64,000 bases of DNA. Origin: Lama glama (lineage: Eukaryota). Under the pieces are notes generated by a model. That model did no database searches, was not told where the DNA came from, and saw nothing but the letters and a program-made list of their open reading frames with translations. Each line of letters starts with the position of its first letter. Within the stretch, counting starts at the first letter, position 1. The stretch is taken from NCBI GenBank assembly GCA_028534125.1, contig CM052816.1:24616001-24680000 (forward strand). The letters run 5' to 3'. This document shows, in pieces, positions 52,550 through 64,000 of the stretch. Both the position numbers and the translations under genes were made by a program.

Positions 52550-53003
52550 GGCATTGATGATCTCAGTTAAATTAATGGCTTCTCTGTGTGTCTACCCACT
52601 TGGCTTAATAACTCTGTAGTCCTTGCCTCTCTAACTTGGGCTGTCCTTGTGACTTGCTTTGGCCAGTACAATGTGGCACGAGTGATGTGACAGTTCTCAG
52701 TCTAGACCTCAAAAAGACTTGCCCGTTTCTGCATCCTCTCTGGCTTCTCTTTGGTAACCATCACAACATGCCTGCTTTAGGAGCTTGCTCCAAGTGAGAC
52801 CACATGGAGTGGACCTGAGTTTTGCCAGCCTTAATAGACCACTCAGCTCCCAGCTGATGTGTCATCTGACCCTTGACTGAGCTCAGCCAAAATCTAAATC
52901 AGCTCAACTACCTGCTAAGCTGTGGATTCATGAGAAATAATAAATAGTTGTTTTAAACCCATATGTTTTGAGATGGTTTGTTATGCAGCAATAGCTAACT
53001 ACT
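52550..53003 (+). mobile_element. MaLR LTR (MLT1 family)
   Basis: Contains 'gtgacttgctttggccagtacaatgtggc' and ends 'gttgttttaaacc...ggtttgttatgcagcaatagctaact'. Confidence 0.78.
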
Positions 53004-54799
53004 TCAGATTCTATATTCATATTATTAACAGGGAAGATGATAATAGCTCCTCCAGGGAGTATAATAACTCTTGTCAGCTGCTTGCACTAAATGAATGTAA
53101 TGAATGAATGAGAGTGTCTTCAGTTTCAGTATATGGCTAGAGGGATCTCGGGGAATGCAGTGGAGTCTTCCTGGGATAATAGCCAAATAGGCTTCTGAGG
53201 ACTATTATCAGAAAGATGGAAAGGTAGCTTTAAGGTGGGGTAGAGGACATCTTTTAAAGACCTCAAAATCATATTTGGTAGACTACAAACTATTGCCACC
53301 ACATCCCCCCTCCCCAGCCTCCCCTTCAGCCCCCTACATCCCACGAGAAGCTGACAGCAGCACCCGCCACTCACTCTCGTCAGGTCTGTGATGGAAGTCC
53401 TTCTTCTCACCTCTCCTCCGACTGTGCTCCTGCTTTTTGCGTTGTGGATAACACACTTTTCGTGTAAGATGAAGCAGCTTCCAATTTGGCTCATGCCTAA
53501 CGTGTCATGGGTCCTCAGACATGCTAGGAGTTTGACGTCCGTGTGCTCCAGTTTTCTTCTCTGCAAAATAGTGATGAGAGAGTGCCCCTCAGCAAAGCTC
53601 TGTTTTCTCTCTCAACGCTTTAGCCTTACAGTTAAGGAAAGAAATTAGGGAAACAGAAGTTGGTGCTTTTAAAGTGCTTTAAAGTTTTTAAGTTAGTTCA
53701 AGGTTCTTTTGATCACTGGTAAAAGATACTTTCTGCTGATCTGGAAACTTTGAGTTATGGGCCAAAGCTTTAGCAAATATTAACCCTCATTTTACTGCCC
53801 TTATTATTAACAGCCAGAGAAATGAAAGTTCAGAGATTTTACATGATGTAGATGGATCCAAAGTCACACACATGACTGCACGTGAAGCCATAAATAGAGC
53901 AACAGGTTGATAATCTACTTTGCACTTTAAAAAAATTAAAAATGTACCTCCCACTCCATGTTGTAGATATGTAACACAGTCATGCTTAGTTAGACAACTT
54001 TTCATAAACCACATGGGTGCTATTCAGACAAGTAAAGGAACTGGAGGCCTTCTGTAGGCAGTTCATCAACCTGAAAGCTTACTATAGACACCTCATAAAC
54101 TGAGCTTTTAGGAAAGGAACAAGAATAAATGACTCAGAGGGGAAGGCTGGTGAGAAGGTTGGGATGATGTGAGTAACAATAAGCAGTATCACAGTAGCTT
54201 CATATTTTACAGTAACAAGCTTCAAGATAGGAGACTTTATTCTCCCTGTCCTCAGTTTTTCCATCTGTAAAATGTGGGCTTGGAGTAATTCAGTGCTTTC
54301 TTATACTGCAGTCTATGGACAATTTCTCCAACTTGTATGAAAATTGGGAAATGCCAGATACAAGTTTTGTTCCTTAGAAACCTTTGTGAAGGGATGTATT
54401 TAGGAAATCTGTTAAACTATATTAACTCAGGTTTAACAGAGATCCTGGAAACCTGTGAGTACCTTAGAAGAACCTCATTTTGGATATGTGGAGACAGATG
54501 ATTCGTAAGATTTCCTTTCGCTGTGCAGATATCTGAGCAAACGGAGAGATTTTAGTTCTATTGCAACTTACTGCAGAGTGGACTTTTACCAAGGAATGAA
54601 ATAGGAAAAAAAAGTTGCATTTTGATTGTTTACTCTGTCAGGCACTTAGATATTTTGTGTATTCCTCATTTATTTCTTGCAATAACCATACAGAGTACTA
54701 TTATTCTCATCTTACCAATGTTGATCTTAACCTCATCATTTTTTTTTATAACCACTGCAGTCTTAGTGAGAGCGTGATAACACAGCATCGACGTAGTCA

Positions 54800-55920
54800 G
54801 TGGGCTCAGCCCTCAACACTCTTCTCTATCTGCACATGTTCTCTAGGTGATTTCACCCAGCCGTGTGGCTCTAAATACTATTTATATGCTGATGACTCAA
54901 GTTTTATAATTCCCTCCTGATCTTACTCATATTAAATAAACATCTCAAACTGTCACCGAACCAGAATCTCAAATTCACATCTCTCCTCCAAAACTTTCTT
55001 GTTCCATTTTATTCTCAGTAAATGGTTTCCCTATCCATCAGGTTGATCAAACAGCAATTTAGGTGTTGTTGATTCTCTCATCCCCTCATTCCCCACAAGC
55101 AGTCCACCAAGTCTGATCAGCTGTACTTGGTGGACTATGACAGCATTATTCCCATTGTTCTCTCTGCTTCCACTGTGTTCTCTCTACAATCAGGGGCCAA
55201 GATGATCTTAAAAAAAAAAAAAAAAGACTTTAAACCATATTGCTGTTCTCCTTAAAACCTACTGATGATTTCCCATTTTTATGAAAAACTAACAATCTAA
55301 ATTGCAATCTACGTTCCTGATCAGGTCTTTGCTCACATCTCCAACCTCATTTGGCTGATGCTTCCCTACACTCTGTTTCTTCCTGATCTGCAACGTATCA
55401 GGCTTGTTCCCACCCCCAAATCTCTGCACTTGCTCTACCCTGTGCCTGGGCAGCTGAACCTCCAGCTCTTCTTGTCATCATTCAATCTTGACCCAAATGG
55501 CACCTCCTCAGGGCTGCCTTCCCTGACTACCCTGACAAAAATAATCCTACCTTGTGCAGAAACTATCACATCATTCTGCCTTATTTTTTAAAAGAGTTGT
55601 CCTACCATATAACACAAGGAACTATATTCAATACCTTGTAATAACCTATAATGAAAAAGAATATGAATAGGAATATTATATATATGTATAACTAAATCAC
55701 TATGCTATACACCAGAAATAAATACAACATTGTAAACCGATTATCCTTAACAACAAAAAGAGTTGTCACCATCATTATTTCATTAATTTATATATTTCTC
55801 TTAACTAGAATGCAAGTCCATGAGATTTCTATCTTATTTGTTTTGGTGAACCTGTATCTCTATGCTAGTATGTGTCACAGTGCCTGGTACACACAGTTAC
55901 TCAGATATTTGCAGGATTAA
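54800..55920 (+). mobile_element. L2 remnant with a nested short L1 3' end (55602-55755)
   Basis: L2 motifs 'tatatgctgatgactc' and 'cacagtgcctggtacac'. The L1 insert is flanked by an exact 12-bp TSD aaaagagttgtc (55590-55601, 55756-55767). Confidence 0.8.
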
Positions 55921-56262
55921 TAAAAGAGATATGTTATTTGTCTTGCTTAGCTTTCCGGCCATTTCTGCTCAGTATCCATTTAAAAATAAACACATGTAAG
56001 GCTACATACATGTCCTGAAGCAGATTTCAAACAAATGAACTTCTCAGAAAAATTTTGAAAAGAGATTATCTTCATGCAGGGTTTTTTAATTTGCAGGAAC
56101 TCTGAGATATAAAGGATAAACTGTTAAAGAAGCTGTGAAATACTTTTGCATGGAAGCACTGGGAGTCAGGGCAGAATAAACTAATGATTCTGGTATGTTT
56201 TTAAAGTCATAGTTTTGGAGAAAGAGCAGAGATCAAAGCTACAAGTGGTTAAATATGGCTTT

Positions 56263-56359
56263 TAGAATATATATATATGAACCACTATGCTGAACACCAG
56301 GAACTAACACAACACTGTAAACCAACTATACTTCAATAAATAAATAACGGCAAAAAAAT
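56263..56359 (+). mobile_element. Heavily 5'-truncated L1 3' end
   Basis: Contains 'gaactaacacaacactgtaaaccaactatacttcaataaa'. 10-bp TSD atatggcttt at 56253-56262 and 56360-56369. Confidence 0.8.
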
Positions 56360-57289
56360 ATATGGCTTTCAGGAACTTGTCACATAGTTTTTTCTTAGAC
56401 AATCACCTCATGCTGATGAGGTCACTACTCACAGTGGATTTCCTTCTTCCAAACATTTGCAGTCAGAAAGGAAGATCCTAAGGGAAAAACGAGTGCTAAA
56501 AAAGCCTCCCCCCAGATCCCCTCAGAACAAGACTATTACAGCCAAAATAAATTGAAGGAAAAAGTGCCACTCTGATACTGAGTACTTATTTTGGTGTGAC
56601 ATCCTCCTTTACTAAAAGTTGGGGAGATGTGGAGGAGACTCAGGGAAATGTACACGGTACCTGAAAGTTCCATCTTCGGAATCCTGGCACCATCTAGTGG
56701 TTAATGAATCCTGTTTTAAAGACCAGTCATTTTCTAACCGGTAGTTCTCAAACTTTTCTGGTGGGTCTCAGAATCCCACAGTGAGCGTGTACAAATACCC
56801 TATTCCTACAGATGCTGATTCTCTAGGTCTGATATGGGGTTTGGCATGAGAGTTTTTAAAAATAAGTCACCCAGGTGGTTCTGCTTTAACTGTTGATGGT
56901 TTTAAAACTCAGAACTACCTCTTTGGAAATTAGTTTCTTGTTTTTCGTATGATTTTCCCCTCTGCTTTCCCTTCTCCCTTGTAAAAAATATTTCTACAGG
57001 ATATTTCACACTGTAAAATCAAAGTGAATTGTGAGCAATACTATTTTGAAATTTTGAGGATTTTTTGACATAAATCAAAACAGAGTTGAGAAGTTGTGTG
57101 TGTATGGAGAATGGGTGGGGTAAGGTGGCCCCAAAGTAGTGTGGCCAATCATTGCTCTGATCAGCCAATATCCATCTAAATATGACAGATGTCATTTGTA
57201 ATCTGTCTGACTTCAAGGGTCCTCTTCAATTGTCCATCTTCTATCCTACTGAGTTTAATAATTAAAATTTCTTACTTTTTCATTTTGTA

Positions 57290-58765
57290 GACTAAAAAAA
57301 GTTATTTCAGACTTACAAAATCGTTGCAAGCATACCAAGAATTTTCATGTACTTCTCATCCAGTTTCCCTAAGTGACAACATCTTACATAACCATAGTAC
57401 AATGATCAAAATCAGCAAACAAACATTGATACTTTATTATTAGATGATACATAGACTTTCTGGATTTTCCAACTGTTGTACTAATGCTGTTTTCCTGGTC
57501 TGAAATTCAATCCAGAACCTGATACTGTAGTTAATTAGTGTGTCTCCTTAGTCTCCAATCTGTGATGTCCCTTAGTCTTTGTCTTTCAATAAATGTGACT
57601 TAACTCTTTTGCAGAGTTTCTAACAGTTATTTTTAGAATATCCTTTGAGTTAAAAAATTTATTTTGAGATATTACTGCCTTACATTATATTACTTTCAAG
57701 TGTATAACATAGTGATCCAAAATTTTTATAGATTATATTCCATTTATAGTTATAAAATGTTGGCTATATTCCCTGTGCTGTACAATATATCCTTACAGTT
57801 TTCTTATTTTACACATAGCAGTTTATACTTCTTAACCCCCTATGCCTATCTTGCCCCTCCCCAATCCCCTCTACCCACTGGTAACCACTTGTTCATTCTC
57901 TATATCTGTCTGTTTCTTTTCTGTTATATTCACTAGTTTGTTTTACTTTTTAGATTCCACATGCAACTGATAATATAGAGGATTTATCTTTCTCTGACTT
58001 ACTTCACTAAGTATAATATCTTCCAGGTCCATCCATGTTGTTGCCAATGGTAAAATTTCATTCTTTTTTATGGCCATGTAATATTCCAGTGTGTGTGTGT
58101 GTATTATATATATATATGTATATATATATATATAATACACACACACACATCTATACATATACACTATCTTGGCTATTGTAAATAATGTCACTATGAATAT
58201 GAGGTGCATCTTTTCAAACTAGTATTTTTGTTTTATTCAGATATATACCCTGAAGTGAAACTGCTGGATCATACAGTAGTTCTATCTTTAGTCTGAGGAA
58301 AGTCCATACTATTTTCCACAGTAGCTGCACCAGTTTACATTCCTACCAACAGTGTACAAGGGTTTCCTTTTCTCCCCATCTTGACCAACATTTGTCATTT
58401 ATGGTCTTTTTGATGGTAGCCTTTCTGACAAGTGGGAGGTGATATTTCATTGTGGTTTTGATTTGCATCTCTCTGATGATTAGTGATGTTGAGCATCCTT
58501 TCATGTGCCTATTAGCCATATGTAAGTCTTCCCAAAAAATGCCTATTCAGGTATTCTGCACATTTTTAAATTGTTTTTTTTTTTGATACTGAATTGTATG
58601 AGTTGTTTATATATTTTGGGTATTAACCCCTTATTGATCATATCATTTGCAAATATTTTCTCTCATTCAGTGTGTTGTCTTTTCATTTTGGCAATGGTTT
58701 CCTTGACTGCAAAAACTTTTAAGTTTAATTAGGTCCCATTTGTTTATTTTTGCTATTATTTCCTC
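57290..58765 (-). mobile_element. Old L1 3' end (57290-57650) followed by a younger L1MA-type segment (57655-58765)
   Basis: Antisense L1 motifs. ORF 57943..58209 contains FIVTLFTIAK and EYYMAIKKNEILPLATTWMDLE. Confidence 0.88.
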
Positions 58766-59771
58766 TTGATTAAATTCAGGTTTTATATTTTATATTTTTG
58801 GCAAGAAATGATCAGTGCACTGGACCAGGAAGCACATGGTGTTCATTTGTCCCGTTACTGATTCGTAGGGATCCAGGGTTTGCATAACCACCTCAGGAAC
58901 TCCTGGTATTTCCCAGGAGACCTTTTATATATGGCTTCCTGAAACTCCCCAAGGAAATGGATCTTCAGGTATGACCTCAGACAGGAACAGTAGTGACAGC
59001 TGGCACATTGATTCACATGTGCTTGGCTGCCATGTGATTTTATCTGTGGCTGTACTGGACAATTTTGTGCAGGCTTCCACTAATTTTAAGGTGACACTGT
59101 CTCCGTTTAAGTGCTTCACCTAATTCCCTAGGGTTTCCTTTAATGTTACACATGCTGTAAGGAATTTTCTAGGCCATGGCATGTGCCCAGCTTGGAAGCA
59201 CAGGGGAGGCTGAAACCTCTGGGAGCAATCCTTGATAGTGGGAGAAAGGCCTCATTATAAAGGGTTTTGAATGGTAGGCTTAGGATTTTATTCTAAATAT
59301 CCTAAACAAAGGCAGACGTGTTTAAAGGGAAGAGTGATAGCAAGGAGAGTTTTAATTAGGATCCTAGAAACTTTGGTGGTAACATGGAGATTAGATTGGC
59401 ATGGGAAATAAATGGGGGCAGAGACCCATATCAGGAGTCAATTATAGTTGTCCTGATTAGAAGTAAACCGGGCATAAATTAGGCAGCAAACTGCTGTAGA
59501 CATTTAAAGTTGGAGACTTGATAGTAATACCCCAACGATACCAGCAAGTTTTCCTTACTGAATTGGTACATTACATAATGAAATGAGCTCTGGGTCCCTG
59601 TCTCAGTTATCTCTTGCTGTGAAACAAACCTTCTTCAAATTTAGTGACTTAAATCAATTAACTTATTTGTTCAAAAAGCTGGGCTGGGCTCAGCTAGGCA
59701 GTTCTTTAGCTGCTCTCACCTGGGATATGTTCAAGAAGCTGTCCTCTTTTGGGGGCTTGTACAGGTTAGTA

Positions 59772-59970
59772 CAGTTGACCATTGAACAACATGGATTTGA
59801 ACTGCACCGGCCCACCGCACGGATTTTTTTCAGCAGTGAATACTACAGTACTACATGATCTGAGGCTGGTTAAATCCAGGACGTGGAGAACTGCAGCTGG
59901 AGAGGAGCGGTGGCACCAAGCATGTGGAGCGTGGGCTCCCCTAACCCTGGCATCGTTCAAGGGTCAGTTG
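59772..59970. mobile_element. Tigger2-family MITE (MER8/Tigger2a-like)
   Basis: TIRs CAGTTGACCATTGAACAAC ... CATCGTTCAAGGGTCAGTTG, flanked by TA on both sides (59770-59771, 59971-59972). Confidence 0.85.
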
Positions 59971-59972
59971 TA

Positions 59973-60226
59973 TATTAATTAGGATTCTCCAGAGAAACAG
60001 AAGCAATAGGATATGCATGAACATATTAGAGGATATTTAATACGGGAATTGGCTTACACGGTTGTGGAGGCGAAGTCCCACAGTCCGCCATCTGCAGGCT
60101 GGAGAACCAGGCACTTCAGTCTGAGTCTGAAGGCTGAGAACCTGGAGCTCTGATGTCCGAGGGCATGAGAAGATGACTGTCCCGGTTCAAAAAGAGAGAA
60201 TTCGCCCTTCCTTTGCCTTTTTGTTC
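59973..60226 (-). mobile_element. MLT2 (ERVL) LTR fragment
   Basis: Contains 'tattaattaggattctccagagaaacagaagcaatagg...gggaattggcttacacg...agtctgagtctgaaggc'. Confidence 0.8.
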
Positions 60227-60241
60227 ACACGGATTGTGTAT

Positions 60242-60715
60242 TGTTACCGAACTGCCTTCGTTTTGCCAGATGCGGTTCGCAGCAAAGAATGGGTTTATTC
60301 GCAAGGCAGCTTTGTGAGATGGAAGAACAAATCTCAAGTATACCTCCCTGAAGGGAAAGGGGTCTGGGTATTTACAGGAGAAAGAAGCAGTGCGGTGTGG
60401 GGAGTGGGCGTATTCGAAAAAGGCGCGCTAATCCACGTTCTGCGCAGCCGTAAATCAGCTACCCGCCTGTGCACTTCCTGAAGCGCGCCACGCAGAGCTC
60501 TGCGCATGCTCAGTCGGAGGGTCAGCGGTCCTGTCCAGTTGTAACTAGCTCAGGCTGGAACTGGACACAGCTAACTCCGAGTTTCTAGAAAGTAAGGGGG
60601 ACAGACTTCTTATTGTTTATGCACAGTGCTGCTTGGAGGACACGCAAGTCTTAAAATGACTTTGATTCGTGAAGGCAGGCGACATGGATTTGACTCAGCA
60701 CCCGCGGTTTCCACA
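60242..60715 (-). mobile_element. ERV1-type LTR, CpG-rich
   Basis: TG...CA-like ends. On the minus strand a TATA-like TGTAAATAC (60376-60368) precedes AATAAA (60299-60294). No clean TSD. Confidence 0.6.
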
Positions 60716-62174
60716 GTTGAAGTCAGGGGCTTCAGCCAAGGCTGCGGCTTGTGTTTGCTCCACACGACGTCCTCCTCCAGCAGGTTAGCCGACGCTTTCT
60801 TCCGTGGAGGCGGCGGGTCCAAGAAGGCGAGAGCGAAGTTTGCAAGGCCTCTTGCAGCCTGAGCTCGGAGTCACACAGAGTCACCTCTGCCTTCTTCGGT
60901 TGGTCAAAGCAGTCACAAGCTGACGCAATCTCCTGTTGTGAGGAAATAGACTCCATTTCTTGACGGAATGAGCTAAAATAATTTATGACCACTTTTAATT
61001 TACTTTAGTATATTTTAGTAGCCAAAATGAACTTTGGGTGTCCTCTTATACCTGGATTTGGTTTTAAAACTAGAATTCATATTACTCATGTGCTGACAAA
61101 TCACCCCTACTCTCTTTTACTAATACCCTGGTTAATATTCCAACACATCTATTTTTGTTCCTGATAAATTTTAAGCCAAGACCCTTGAACTGTATGAAGG
61201 TTTAGTTAACCTTGTTAGAGGTTAAGTAAGTAGAAGGATATAGGATAAAGCTTAGATTCGCAGAATATTTTCCAGATTCACTGGGATCAATTAATATCTT
61301 TTAAATACTATAGCAGATATACTCCAATTGAGTTGTTTTTTGACCTAGGGGAAGGTTTTTGTGTGTGTGTGTATGTGTGTTAATTGGGGGCTTTTTTAAA
61401 GGGAGAAGAAAAGGATATTTTTATTTTCAGAATATGACATCAATATGGGAGCATTTTGATAATTGCTCTAATAAACATCTTTGTAACAGAATACAGATAA
61501 GTTTTAAATGCAGGTAGTTTTAAGAAGCACTAGTAAAAAGTTTCAGTGTCTTAAATATCAGAATTAGCTGATAACAATAGTTCAGTTACTTGTGAGCTTT
61601 CGTAACATGATAGTTCACTGTAATGGAAATATCAGAGAGAGCTTTTGATAACCTGTGTTTAAAAGAGACAGAAACAGAATGCAAATGCCTTTTTATGCAG
61701 GGAATTGTTTGGTCAAATACACAGTGTGGGAAAATGTGTGGCAAAATCTGATCCCCAACAGAGGTGCTGCCTTCACAACAGTTGGACTCTGAAGGCAGAA
61801 CTCTATAGGCAGAAAAAAAAAGATTTTGCCAAAAAGATGAGGCAGAGGCATCCTAAATCAAAACCTTTTCAGAAGGCCAAATTTTATGTTCATTTGAACC
61901 AGAATCCCTACCTCGGTTCTGGATGTTTCCTTCCAGGCCACCTCTTCTGGCTTATTTCAGAGTGCCTTTTTCTATTCCACTTCTGTTCTCAGACAGCTGT
62001 TCCTTAGCTATTGACTTCAGGCTGTTGCAAAAGGTCATCTCAGTCACGTTTCCTCTCTTGACTAAAGCTTTTATATTCTGACACTGGGATCCATGTGTTT
62101 TCCTCAGAACACTTGTTTGTTTAGATGCTCCTGAAACAATAATCAAAAAGGAGAATTCTATGTAGCAGTGACAT

Positions 62175-62465
62175 TGATCAACCCGTTGTCACAAGCGAAA
62201 ACAAAGACCAATCTCACCAATATCATTTGGAGCGAAAGAAACCAGACATAAAAGAGTACCCACTGTTTGAGTCTCTTTATGTAAAATTTGAAAACAGGCA
62301 AAGCTCACCTGGTTAGTTTGACCAGAATAGCGGTTACATAGTGGGGCTTTTGGGGTCCTGCTTATGATCTGGGTTCTGGTTACATTGGTGGGCTTGCTTT
62401 GTGAAAATTTATTGAGCCATGCACTAATGATTTTTGCACTTTGCTATTTCTTTGTTACAGTTCTT
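62175..62465 (+). mobile_element. Old L1 (L1MC/ME-like) 3' end
   Basis: Contains 'gcgaaagaaaccagacataaaagagtacccactgt' and 'tttgtgaaaatttattgagc'. Confidence 0.7.
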
Positions 62466-63419
62466 TAAAAAGTAGGATAATAAAGGAAAAAGGGTTCTCA
62501 TTGCCTCCTAAGGGAAATCTGAGATTGGGGATCTCTAGTGGTTTGTCAAGAGAATTGTTAAATTGGCAACATTTATTTTTTCAGACCTGCTTTATTGCAG
62601 TGTTGCATTTGATTTTTACTGGGTTTTGGTCTCCATATAAACCACACTTAGGAGGTCAAACATCCAATAAATCAGTGGCAACAGAAAGAATGAAAACAAT
62701 ACAAGGCAAAACAAAATACATGATTAGTATTGCAGTGCTGTAGGACTGTATTTTATTGAAAAAAGACTCTCCATGCTCCACTAAGCCCAGAAATCCTGGG
62801 AGGAAACTGAAAACTAAACATTGATGTCACTGAAGCCAATGTTATCTAGACAATGTCTCCTTTTTTTTCCCCTCCTGAAAAGAACGTCTAAAACTATGCC
62901 ATTTGATATTTTTTTGGTTGACTCTGTTCAGCAGAAAGTTAAGTATTTTTTCTTGAAACAGGAGGGAAAAAGGAAGTCATAGAGGCTGGTAAAGCTAATG
63001 AAATATTTCATTTTTGCCAAAATGTATATTTAACTGTTATTTATATGTTGTGGTCAGACTTCTTTTATTTTCTAGAATAGTACTGACAGCTCCCATAGTT
63101 GGTGCTTCTTCTAGGAGGTTTGTAGATTGTAATAGAATATTGGATATAATGCCTAATTATTTTTCCTTCCTACCATTGGGAAGAGTTGAAATAGTATCAC
63201 AGACACTATCCTTAAAACTCTACCCCTGTGTATCTAGGGTATTTAAGTTGGAAATTAGAGGATGAAGAATAGATGAGCAGTTTCAATTGTTGCTGTTGTA
63301 TCAGGGGTACAGCTATGCTGAGTGGAAATACAGTTCATCCTTGGGATCCAGAATTTCAGCCAAACTGAATGCTTTATCTCATCTTGTTGTAAGCCTGATC
63401 CACAGGTTGAGGGACTGAA

Positions 63420-64000
63420 TTTATCTCAACAAACTTTTATTCAGTGGCACTTACTGTATGAAACATTAAAGATAAAGCCAGAATTGTGGGAGAGATAAAC
63501 ATGTACATAAAAAAGTTATAACACATTATAAGTGCCATTGTATAGAAATTTAGAAATGGCTTCATCCACACAGAAAATAAGCAATGAGCTCTCATGGAGG
63601 CATGGAAGACTGTGGAGGGAGGATCTTAAGAGGAGTGGGAATTTACCAGGTAGACAAGGTGGGGAAGGACATTATAGGTAGTAGGGAAAGTGCAGAGGCT
63701 TGAATTTCCATAGGGTGAGCAGGAAATTGTGAGAAGTCTGTTATGTTAGGGGCTGGGGGAAATGGGGGTTTGGGAATGGAGCAGGAAACCAAGTAGAGCC
63801 AGGTTTTGGGAGAGTCTTGGATGCCCTGGGAAGGAGTTTGACTTTTACTCAAAGAGCAGTAGGACTGTGGAAAGGGGAGTAGCATGATCCTCCCTTTGTT
63901 TTACGAAGGTAAGGTCAGCAATGGCATGGATAGATAGTGGGGTGGGTTCCAGAGGGGAAATCAGAGGAGGAAGCCAGTTAGAAACTGTTGGAATAATCAA
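63420..64000 (-). mobile_element. L2 remnant
   Basis: Contains 'ttattcagtggcacttactgtatg', 'gaaggagtttgacttttactc' and 'gaggaagccagttagaaactgttggaataatc'. Confidence 0.65.

Larger units (their letters stand above)
59600..60990 (-). mobile_element. MLT1 LTR pieces (about 59600-59765 and 60716-60990) surrounding nested elements
   Basis: Left piece 'tatctcttgctgtgaaacaaaccttcttcaaatttagtgacttaaa'. Right piece 'aggcctcttgcagcctgagctcggagtcacacagagtcacctctgcc...ttggtcaaagcagtcacaag'. Confidence 0.7.

Noticed and set aside
53126..53566. 146-aa minus ORF
   Set aside because: It has a non-ATG start within MIR-like sequence and no recognisable protein family.
60610..60992. Cluster of 70-86 aa ORFs
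   Set aside because: They lie within GC-enriched LTR sequence and show no retroviral or cellular protein motifs.
1..64000. CRISPR arrays, operons or prokaryote-type systems
   Set aside because: There is no regularly spaced repeat-spacer array or dense coding DNA. The sequence is CpG-depleted mammalian DNA dominated by interspersed repeats.

Overview
Mammalian genomic DNA, most likely camelid: two tRNA-derived SINEs match the camelid Vic-1 type as I recall it. The window holds the 5' end of GRAMD2B (GRAMD3) on the minus strand. Two alternative coding first exons are visible, about 34.5 kb apart: a proximal CpG-island exon (7172-7090, MTELQQDVDD...) and a distal exon (41782-41655, MVKRRLQSSS...). 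Both end in phase 2, so either could splice to a common exon 2 lying left of the window. The rest is intron and upstream DNA rich in L1, L2, MIR, LTR and DNA-transposon remnants. Apart from the ORF carrying the distal exon, the provided ORFs look like chance frames or repeat read-through. I found no convincing new biological system. The best leads are regulatory: a possible decayed third first exon near 32.8 kb, an overlapping uORF at the proximal start, an HNF1 site at the distal promoter, three solo LTRs upstream of the proximal promoter, a CpG-rich nested LTR block near 60 kb, and a 60-bp palindrome inside an L1. Gene and repeat-family names come from recall of known sequences, not database searches. 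Most repeat boundaries are approximate.
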